Positions 9,748-19,500 of a stretch of DNA of 32,000 nt are shown one piece after another; within the stretch, counting starts at the first letter, position 1, and each line of letters opens with the position of its first letter. The stretch is from Wallemia ichthyophaga EXF-994 (Eukaryota > Fungi > Basidiomycota). A program made the position numbers and the translations under genes. The stretch covers positions 30,001-62,000 of the forward strand of contig NW_008806296.1 of the NCBI RefSeq assembly GCF_000400465.1, written 5' to 3'. The notes under the pieces were generated by a model, which did no database searches, was not told where the DNA came from, and saw only the letters and a list, made by a program, of their open reading frames with translations.

Positions 9748-11597
9748 ATGAAATCACTGTGGCAACTTGGTCGAGGCGCTTCACCCAGACACCCAATTCA
9801 ACTTTCACTGGATACCTGGCCACAAGGGAATTGAAGGCAACGAGAGAGCAGACCGCGCCGCGAACAAAGGCAGAGCAAACCACGGAAACGGTTTTGTTCT
9901 GGATATAGAACTCCGAACCTCCTGCTCTGTTACCCGGCGAAACCTCCACGAAACCCTCACTGCACCCATGCGCGTGGAGGGCAACACTCTCACGGGTCTC
10001 ACCTCAAGAACAGCAAGAACCGCCAAAGGCAATCTCAGCTCCATCAAGACCGCCAAGCTGTTGGAAAGTGTGCCCCGGGCCACTCGCTGTCTAGCAACAC
10101 AGCTCCGCTCTGGACACTTCCCTACCACTAAGTCCTATCGCTATCGCTTTAAGCTCACTGATTCTGCCAAGTGCAGCACCTGTCGATTAGACGACACTAT
10201 CCCACACCGTATCTTCATCTGCTCAAGACACATCATGGCGAGAATAGCTTTGAGAAGGAAGATTCTCGCTCTCGGTATTAGGTTCGAATTGGGACCTATG
10301 CTGAGAAACGCCAAATCTCTCCAAGCGCTATACGAATTCTTCAAGCCACAAATCTCCCATTCTCACCGACTTCTGTAGAGCACACAAACTGCAGAGGGTT
10401 TTACGCGGAGTGGTACTTTCGGGTGCCATTCAGGCTTTTCCCCCTTCAGGCCCACCCACCCTCTCATTTTTATTGATTTCGGTACACTAGTTCGACACAC
10501 CACAACAGCCTAACCAAAACTCGCACAATTCCGGGTTCTCGGTACAGCCATCGGTCGGATCGAGTAAATCTAAACCTTTACGCTCAGCACAGAAACGCTA
10601 TACTCTCAAATCAACGTCACACAAGTCCAAATAGCAACATAAGAAGTATAGATAGGCGCAGTTTTACTATGTATCGCTTTAACTATATATTATATTTCAT
10701 CATCATCATCAGCAACTTGGTCGGCAGCTTAAACTGGCCAGGCCGGTAAGGTCACTTAAAGGCCTTGTAAATCCATTCAAAGCAGCAGCAGCAGTGCGCA
10801 CTCAGGCGTTACCAAGAGCAGCTCACTCATCTACCAGATTGTCATCACGCACCATCCACAGAAACTCCTTCCACACACTGGGCCACTTATGCGTAACCAG
10901 ATCAGCCACCAGACCAGCATTTGGCAACTTCGCCAGCCGTACTCCTCAAGCAGGTCTAGGATGTGCAAGAACATACGCTACAGGCAGGGGAGCAGTAGAT
11001 GCAATCCAGAATATCAACGTGTTTGCCAGATGTACTCTCAACCTGCTCGGCGAGGACCATCTGGACAGTCTGCAAGCATCACAATTACGCCGTGAGCGGG
11101 AGGATGATCACCTCACGAACATGAAGAGCTACTTCGATGTCCCCGCCTGCAAGACTGTCCTCGTAGCTCCTCTTTCATCATCGCTCTCGCACCTCCTCAC
11201 CGAGACGAAGCCTTTGCATACCGACAGCGCAAGCGCTAATGGGGTGTTGTTCGATGACACTTTCGTCAGAGACCTCGTCAGCCTGAGGGTGTCGTCCAAC
11301 GTACACGCGAAGCGGCTCGATGCACTGTGTGCGAGTGTGCAGTCCGTCGCCGATACACTCGAGGTCACCAGCTCGGCCAGCGGCCTCCTCATCGTGAAGG
11401 CAACGTTCGATGGCACGGCTAAGGAGATCGGGAAGCTCATTCATGATAAATTGGACAGACTGGTTCTTGACGACATCGCCAACGCCCATCGATTTTCGGG
11501 CTGGTACAGGCTCTATCAGCTCGACGGAGATACTGTCCTCCATGACATGGTATCCAAGTCTTTCTACCTCCCAGACCCCGACCAGACCTTGAATTAG
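9748..11597 (+). pseudogene. Hypothetical 299-aa protein with Arg/Ser-rich, mitochondrial-presequence-like N-terminus, interrupted at codon 9 by a LINE
   Basis: Removing 9774-10723 (element plus one TSD) gives an uninterrupted 900-nt ORF from ATG9748 to stop 11597: MKSLWQLGRQLKLARPVRSLKGLVNPFKAAAAVRTQALP...PDQTLN. Confidence 0.85.
9774..10711 (+). mobile_element. 5'-truncated non-LTR retrotransposon (RNase H + CCHC, Tad1/I-like) with (CAT)4 tail and 12-bp TSD
   Basis: The ORF to 10378 has the RNase H C-terminus FHWIPGHKGIEGNERADRAA, then QLRSGH and C-x2-C-x7-H-x4-C. TSD GCAACTTGGTCG at 9762-9773 and 10712-10723. Confidence 0.93.
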
Positions 11598-11713
11598 TCT
11601 GCGTGGTTGTGGTTGCACGTATTGCGCGTTTCGCCCTCCTGTTACGACATTTTGTACTTTTCATGTATAATACTCCCAACTCTATATGATTGGCAACATA
11701 TGCTCAATTTCCC

Positions 11714-12541
11714 TCATCCCTCAACTGGATTGTCTGCTTTCTTTGACGATGCCTTCCCGCTCACTGAATCAACTTCTCCACTTGTCTTTGTTGCGTTCTC
11801 TGTCTTCTCTGCATTCTCATCTCTCCCTCTTTCGTCTACTGGCTGATCACCCTCCTCAATTGCTGTTATCCCTAGCTTTTCCTCGCTGAGCGAGTCCATT
11901 ACCTCAATGCAACCGCGTGACGCAACGAACACAATCGTAGTAAAGAAGACGATCCAATCATCAAATTTGGAAACATCCCATATAATTTTCCCTGCATTAA
12001 ATTAAATAAGTTTCATGAAGAAGCAAAGCATTGTGTTACTGAAAACAGCCGCGGATGATAACAGCAAAATTATCAACGAGACATAACTGAAGGGTTTCTT
12101 GTGTAAGTCAATTATTGTTTGCGCTTGGTAAGCAAACAGCCTTTCTAGGATAAAGACAACCAGGAAAACAATCACAGGGACCAGGCAAGGTATTGCAAGG
12201 CTTGGTACAATACTACAGTCTCTCACGCCAGCTGTGAGGAGCAATGTGAATGATAGCAGTAGAGCAGCGAAGACGTTTACTAAACACTTTTCTCTGGGAC
12301 TCAGTTGTTCAGCTCTTGCGGGTGTACCAGGTATATCATTGGGAAGGATCGACTTATCCACACATTCTAATAATATAAGAAAGACCAGACCCGCTAAACC
12401 ACCACCCAATACAGTTCCAATCGTGTACGCAGGACTAATATCAGTTGTTGGCATTGATTTTGACGATATAACTTGTTCGAAGAAGAATATAACGAATTTC
12501 GCTACATTTGCATTAAGCAAACCATAGTTCACGAATCGCAT
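11714..12541 (-). CDS. Hypothetical multi-pass membrane protein with a charged C-terminal tail; intron 11992-12039
   Basis: ORF 12002-12541 has several hydrophobic segments. A 48-nt GT-AG intron joins it in frame (AAVF-R-KIIWDVSKFDDWIVFFTTIVFVASRG) to ORF 11714-11932. Confidence 0.7.
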
Positions 12542-13493
12542 CGGTTTTTCTCAAAAACTGCGACTGTGTCCATGGTATAAGTCAGGACTGCCGAGTTCAG
12601 GAACGCGGCTTGAGCGAGCGTCAAGTATAATAAAATTAAGCGTAAGCGTTTCCGTTCGGAAGCATTATTATAGCAGTATTTCCAGATATTGTGATACTTA
12701 TTACTTCCCTTTTCTGCCAAGTGCTTTTGGGCTTGAGCAGTGCACTAGCTGGCGGTGACAGGGTGTGTAGAGGTAATAATTCTATTGCTTATTTTGTGCT
12801 GTGTGCTGTGTGCTGTTTACGTATCTCGGAGTGGGGGTGGGGTGCGCTGGCTGAATGTAGAATGCTCCGAATTGACAGGCCTAATAATCGCGTAGGCTGC
12901 TAAACTCATCACAAGTACCCTAATACCACTGGTTAAAGCTTTTTTGCACAGAGATATTGTTGGCGATAACGTTGTTCTTCTTGCGAAGGCCCAGCCCACC
13001 ATGTTGCTCACTTTGCTAATCAGATACCTCAACCATGTAGACCGCTGTGTCCTCGATTGGTGGCTTGTATTTGACAGCACTCACGATAGGTATTAAAGCA
13101 AGAATGGGCTTTGCAAGGATAAGGAGGATGTGGTGATCAAATACCTTGACTGTATTTCCTCATTACCAAGCTCAACGACAGACACGCTGGTGTTTCCCTC
13201 CACAAATTCCTATTCCAACTATGTACTCTGCGCACACACGCGCCAATGGTCTGACACCCTTAATTCCTGTGGATGACTTGGTGTGTAGGGGCGCGATGGC
13301 CTTGTTACTGGTGCTGTACCGCACGTGGTATTTTGATTGCTGAACTGTCGCCGTTACTCCTGTGTCCGCTTCCGTATGCTCAGTCATCATGAGCATTTCC
13401 TGATGCTGCTGCAAATTGGGTGCTCCGGCCGAACGCTATTCACGGCGAACTTGCAGGGTGACATACAAATACTGACGAACTTTTGGTAACATG

Positions 13494-14351
13494 TAGAAAT
13501 AATAATGTATAGTCAAAAGCGTTACAACGATTAATAATTTTCGCCTATCTATACTTCTTGTGCATTGAAAGCTGACGATTGTAGTGACTCAAAGGGATGC
13601 GGTTCTTGGCACGTGTGCCGTAAATTGGGAGGTAACTACGTGGAGCTACCGGAGCCACGCGGGTGGGTGCTGAGCTGGCTTTTGAAGAACTCGTAGAGAG
13701 CTTTAAGAGCTTTTTCATTTGAAAGCATATTTTCATCTCGAACCTTAACCCCATTCATATATCCTCCTCCTCAACGATAATCTTGCTTGATCGAAATTCC
13801 TACATCTGAAAATTCTGTGTGTGGTACTGTCTACTTCATTTCACTTGCTGCAAAGTGGTGAGTCGGACAGTTTGAATCGGAATCGGTAAGACTTGGCAGT
13901 AGGGAAGTGGCCTGAGCGGATTTGTGTGGAAGTCATCCTACCCATTGCTCTCTCTGCATCTTTCGACTTTGGTTCTGGTAAACTACGTACATCTTTAGGA
14001 ATATTTGTCGATGCTGAGGGAGAGGCTCCATGACACCATAATTGAAGAAAGCTAATTTATTCACCGTACCGGCCTCGAACGCAATTTCCCGCGCACAGCG
14101 TGCTCTCCGCTCCCTTTGTGGCGCAGCGGGAGCCAACCCCGCCCAAAAGCCGCTCGCTTACACAAAGAAACCCAACCGCAGGTGCGGAAGTAGACCTTCT
14201 GCACACGCGCTTGCCGCTGCGCCGCAAAATAACCGCTTGGAAGAATCTCTTCTTTGTCAGTATCATACTAATAGCCGGGACCTCCTTAGCAAGCGGTATA
14301 AGGATGTGCCCCTACCTTCCTAGGTAATACAGCGGGCAAGATGCAGGAACA
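13494..14351 (-). mobile_element. Decayed LINE copy (subfamily Y); candidate 9-bp TSD
   Basis: The minus strand encodes TQIRSGHFPTAKSYRFRFKLSDSPLC..*..HRIFRC..ALYEFFK, homologous to the 9774 element but with stops and frameshifts. It carries the 3' motif AAGAAGTATAGATAGGCG. GGTAACATG is repeated at 13485-13493 and 14352-14360. Clear homology extends only to ~13950. Confidence 0.8.
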
Positions 14352-14577
14352 GGTAACATGACATCATGGTCGCTATGGGAACAATGAACAATGAAGATTA
14401 TGCATGATTATGCACGAGAACAATGAAGATAACGAAAAAATGGAAATAACCCTAGAATTCTAAACTATGTAAACAACTACCTTTCTTTTGATACATCTAA
14501 GACTTAATTCTTTTATTAATCTCAGCGCCTTGCTCTTTGTGTGCACTTTGACCTCACAAAGATCAAGACGTTTACAC

Positions 14578-14665
14578 GGCAGGATGGCCGAGTGGTCTAA
14601 GGCGCACGGTTAAGGCGAAAGCATCCGTGTTCGAAAGAGCGAGGGTTCGAATCCCTCTCCTGTCA
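14578..14665 (+). tRNA. tRNA-Leu(AAG) with 8-nt intron (14616-14623) and short variable arm
   Basis: GGCAGGATGGCCGAGTGGTCTAAGGCG-CACGG-TTAAGG-[CGAAAGCA]-T-CCGTG-TTCGAAAGAGC-GAGGGTTCGAATCCCTC-TCCTGTC-A, followed by T-runs. Confidence 0.92.
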
Positions 14666-15294
14666 AAGTTTTGCTTTTTTTGATACCAGCTCCAACTGTG
14701 ACTTGAAGCGGCCGTCTAATGTTGGATTGCTCAAAGAAGGCAGCTCCTTTTTTTCACAGCAGCTTCAGCATTCATGAGTGTTCGAAGATGCTGATTCTAT
14801 GTTGCTCCGGTTGCAGTCAAGTATTACACACTAAGACGTATAAAGATACTTCTGTAACTTTCAGGCTCTCACTAGTTCATTTTTGTTTAATATGGCTCCC
14901 GTAATTACCACAACTCTGCACTAAACACATCTCGCAGATGCGCCCATTTGACTGTTATATGCATAAAAGTACAAATGTGATATCAAATGAGTGCAGTGGT
15001 CGATCGATTCGACAGAACGCCCGCGCAAGATAGCACAAAAGCTTGGATCATTGAGAGGGGCCTGCAGCCTGGAGCGTGACGTTATTTTAACCCACCCAAA
15101 CAAAGAGACCGTCGATTTCGAGACCCTCGCAACAGACTAGTTTTTTCTCGTCGATCTAGTGTGTTGTCAGCATTGCAGGTTGCGCGAAAAAAAAGGAAAC
15201 CGTAAATGGCATACCCGACAAGTGCGGAACAAGGTCATATTTTAGCCTTAAAACGTAGAGACAAAGATCTGTTAACTCTTTTTATCTCAGTCAG

Positions 15295-15329
15295 ATATAA
15301 ATCATGATACATAGTCAAAAGCGTTACAA
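15295..15329 (-). mobile_element. 35-bp extreme 5'-truncated LINE insertion with 10-bp TSD
   Basis: The reverse complement TTGTAACGCTTTTGACTATGTATCATGATTTATAT matches the subfamily Y 3' end (19-nt identity with 13509-13527). It is flanked by TCTCAGTCAG at 15285-15294 and 15330-15339. Confidence 0.75.
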
Positions 15330-15662
15330 TCTCAGTCAGGCGCTCGAAAAGAATGTGAACAAGCAACGTGCCTCGATTCCGTCAAAAATGTTAATTTCCC
15401 CATCACAAATTATGTTACGAAAATATACATATAAAAAAGCATTTCACACCAATTTATTAATCTAAAAAATCTTCACCGCTTTTGAACTCAATTAACTCCT
15501 CAGGAAGAAAATATTTTATTGCATTGGTATCATGAAGCTAAAAGCACCCAAATCCAAGAAAAACTTGGAAAATTTACTTAAACGCCAAAACGCGAAAATA
15601 ACAGAATTGATGACGTAAAAGATATTTGATATTGTATTTGTTTTCAAGCCTGGGATGTCAAA

Positions 15663-15768
15663 GGGGCAGTAGTGTAATGGTTATCACTGAAGGCTTGCAT
15701 AGTCCTGTCTTTCAGGCAAAGCAACTATCTGTTTCTTTCCGATCCCGGTTCAATTCCGGGCTGCTCCA
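15663..15768 (+). tRNA. tRNA-Ala(UGC) with 34-nt intron (15700-15733) (copy 2)
   Basis: Exons are identical to the 7535-7640 copy; the intron differs at 2 positions. G3:U70 pair present; followed by ATTTTTGCC. Confidence 0.95.
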
Positions 15769-16131
15769 ATTTTTGCCATTTGTTTGTCTGGATCATTCTA
15801 GTCAGCGACAAAACAGCGACAAAACGTATGTGACAAAATTTAGACTTTCTTATAATTTGAGACTAATGCGGTGACTGATGGTAGGATTTGTGTTACTTGT
15901 CGGCGTTTTCCCCGTCGTGGCTCGAAGATTCAGCAACGCTGAGCAACACCTCCTTTTATGGTGACGAATGATATAGATAAATGAGATGGAGTTGTCCCGC
16001 ATACATCAAAAGGACCATTCTATTGTAACTGAAATATACAATGACACATACACGATATGATGTGAAACAAAGTAAATACGGCAAATGACAAAACAAAAAG
16101 CAAATGAAAAAAGAGGAAATAGAAATAACAA

Positions 16132-18008
16132 TCACGACCTAGCTTGAGAGTAAATTCTTGCATCAACAGCGCCCTGATTAGGACGAATTTTATGCACGAG
16201 AACGGGAAGGGGCAGAATGAAGAGGGCGGCGATAGCGAAAAAGCCTGAACGGATATTACTAGATTTGTCAGCAAGCAGACCAACCAACAAGCTACCAACG
16301 AATGAGGTGCTTTTTGAGGAGATGGCGTAGATGCTAAACCAGTGAGCTTCGCGACCAGGTGGAATAAGGGCGCTGAATACGGTACGGGCGTATGACTGAA
16401 ATGCGCCGTATATGGCACCGAAATATACTGCAAAGACGAACATCTCAGCTTGAGTGGTAAACCCGCCGAACGGAGCTTGTTGAACGAGTGGAAGAAACCC
16501 AAGGAGACCGTAGAGAGGGACCAAGAGACCAGCTAAGACGAGCGCTACAAGTGAGCGGTGGTTCGACCATCCCAGTCGCTTCTGCAGATAGGGTGACGAC
16601 ATCGACCCCAGCGCACCAGCTAGTGGTGACAACACCGTTATAGCGAGCAGCTGCTGGCTCTGCATGTGCAGCTGTGTCTTCGCAAATAAAATGGCTGTTG
16701 ATGTAATAGTAGCAAATCCTGCAAAGTGTCAGATCTCGGCCGAAACCCGCAAATGAAAGTCTCTCACCATCCGATAGAGATGCCCAGGCGAGAAGGAACC
16801 AGTACGTCGATTGAAGTTGTTTAATCTCTGCTACTTGAAATGTCTGGTAGAGTCTCTTCCATGCAGCCTTAATAGCTTCTTTGTACGTGAGTGTGTTCTC
16901 ACCTAGCCTTCCCTCCGTAGCTGGAGTGTCCTTCCTAATGAGTGTAATGGCAGGTACAGACAGGGAGGCCCATAGCACACCAGTGAGACTAACACACGCG
17001 CGTATCGCGACGACTGGGCTCCGTTCACTAAACAGCTTCCTTGCTCCAATTACTAAGACGGGCGGCGGGACAGGGTTGTTGGGCGGATGAGGTGTTTTGG
17101 AGAGTATGTTGAGGGGTATGAGTAACACTATGAGTAGTGCGATACCAGATGCATATCCTATTGCTTGACCATAAGCTGATAATTTGGCAGTGTGCGTCTG
17201 TACGCTGTGATTGTCGACCGATCCACCCTCACTTTCGACGTCAGCGTCGCCAGATGAGGACGAGCACTCTGAGTGGGAGAAAGAGGCATTATCGTCGACA
17301 TCTTCCCCCTCTTCAGGCTCGTGCGTGATTATCGGAGTGTAGTTGTTATCTAGGCCGTATTTGACCCGCTTAGCTGACCTTTTGGCGAGAAAAGGGAGAT
17401 ACGAGTTCAAGCAGACGCCGCCTACGCCGTAAGACGTCTGGGTGAGAACTGCCACGATGGATGCTAATGGCCAGAAGAGCCCTGTGAGGGGATAGAAGGA
17501 CATACAGGCGATTGAGCCTATGACGGCGGATGCTGTGAGGAGGTGTAGTCTGTGTGATACTGATTGCGCGCTCGTTAATGAGAATACTGAGGATGAGTCG
17601 AGCTATTACCATTGTCTGCAGCTGTACCCAGTGAAATCACAGCCAAGGCCTGAATGACGACGCTTATGCTGCCTACGTACAAGCTTGTGACGCGTCAAGA
17701 TGGTTTAGCGTTTACAAAGCCTGCCCACCTGTAAGATGCGCTTTCAACTCTCCATCCGAGGAATGAAATGCGACCATCGTGACCAGCGTTTTCAGTAGCC
17801 AGTTGCTCGAGTGCGAGTGGAATAAAGAAAGCCCCCGAAGCAACAATATACTGATAAACTCAATGAGCCGATCAAACGTCATATCCCACAACTCACTGGC
17901 TCGAAAGCAGCTTGAGCGACGAACCAGCCAGTCTTGAGAGTCTGACTGGCATTAAGCGGGTAATTCTGGGCATATAAATTCACGCACATCTCTCAATTTA
18001 AACTTCAT
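16132..18008 (-). CDS. ATG22: Atg22-family vacuolar amino-acid efflux MFS transporter; multi-exon, start approximate
   Basis: Exons read GWFVAQAAFEP, FFIPLALEQLA, LYVGSISVVIQALAVISLGTAADN, LSAYGQAIGYASG and QSYARTVFSALIPPGREAHWFSIYAISSKSTSFVG. Confidence 0.88.
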
Positions 18009-18105
18009 GTTGACTGTAGGGAACGAGAGAATGCATTAAATATAAAAATTAAACAAAATTGAACGCGCTAATGTTAAAGAGTGGATGTCTATAATAGTAA
18101 TAAAC

Positions 18106-19302
18106 TCAAGAAGCTTGGCCATACGCCGCATATGGCTGCGCCGGCTGTTCATTCACTGTAGCTGGAGATGTTTGTCTCATTTGATAACTGTCGCCGTAAC
18201 CAGTGGCGTATCCAGCTCCTGCATGCTCAAGGTCTGCTCTATGTGAATGCTGAGGATATGTACCGCCGTAACCGGGAGCGTAGCCGGTGGCGTATCCAGT
18301 ACCATCATTATGGAAATCTGTAGTTCTTTCAGAGTACATGTTGTCGACAGTAGGCTCGTTTGCTTCTTGTGGATTTGGAATGAGGTGAGATTCGGCTTTG
18401 CTAAGATGGTCAGCCTCCCATGCAGCAGCCTTGCGCAAGAAACGCGGAGAAGTCTTTGCAGCTGGCCAGAGGTCGAGACCGAGGGTTATAAAGTAGAAGA
18501 CAACCCAGAACGCGGTAATCCATTCGAAGGAGGCAGCAGCTGAGGTGATATCGTAACAGTTTCTGCCGGGGTTTTGGGGGGAGTAGATATCGCCACTACA
18601 AGTGCCTTGTAAAGCACCAAATGTGATAGCACAAGCGACAGCAAGCCCGACGACGAGAAGTTTCATAATGCCGTTTCTTCTTAAGTGAGCTCTGTCGGGA
18701 TGATCGAACGCCAGGCACGAGACTTCGCAGGTTTGAGAGATAGCAGAAATGGCGATACCAACGACAAAAACAACGGTCATTGACCAGTGCACGGTGGGGT
18801 GGTTGACATCGTCCATAATACCGAGGGTGATAAGCCCTGCAGAACCGATGATACCAAAAATGATGGTAATCCACCCAAAAGCGACTTCTCTTTTTCTAAG
18901 AGCTTCAGGGATACGTTCGAAAGATCTAAGCCACCGTTGCGCAATGATACTGGGGTTTGTCAGAGGGGGACAGAGAGGAATCCAGTGACACAAACCCGAT
19001 GAGGTAGAAAGCAACGGTAACACAGTTCATCGCTATAAAGAAGGGCTTCCATGTTGCACCAAGATCACTAATATAAACTACGAGACCACGCTGACGGATT
19101 GAGCTTCGTAAGATTACTAACCCAGGGGTATTGATAGGTAACTCACTCCGCTAATGATTCGATAGTAGTCGTTCGTGGCCCATAGAGCTAGTAAACCGAC
19201 AAGATCTGCAGTCCAAACAGCGGCTGCTATCAAAGGCGCGTAAACGATCCAACCATATTTGAGGTGCGTTGGTTTTGGTGCCCGGGTTGTATCCTCTGGC
19301 AT
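18106..19302 (-). CDS. SFK1: Frag1/DRAM/Sfk1-family membrane protein
   Basis: N-terminal TM PLIAAAVW, then AQRWLR, GSAGLITLGIMD...HPTVHWSM..VF and AASFEWITAF, with a Tyr/Gly-rich cytosolic tail. Confidence 0.8.
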
Positions 19303-19500
19303 ATTAGGGTGGATTGTATAACAAAATCAGCTGCTGCTACGGCGCTGAAGATGAAAGTGAAAGAGTTGGTTCAAGGAGCGACTAAGCGTGCAAATAAAAA
19401 TGTAAATATTACGAATTATATGCGCCATTCATTTATACATTTGAGTATCCCCTGCGCTGCTCTTGCCTCTCGACATTCCACTGCGTACAGTTATTTTCGG

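Noticed and set aside
14376-14430. Local repeats GAACAATGAAGAT and GATTATGCA
   Set aside because: Low-complexity slippage duplications with no array structure.
14612-14614. Reading the Leu tRNA anticodon as UAA
   Set aside because: The CACGG/CCGTG stem places T32-T33-A34-A35-G36-G37, so the anticodon is AAG.
14930-15260. Possible structured ncRNA (snRNA, RNase P/MRP, 5S) in the GC-richer intergenic stretch
   Set aside because: I found no diagnostic motif by eye. An Infernal/Rfam scan would be needed.
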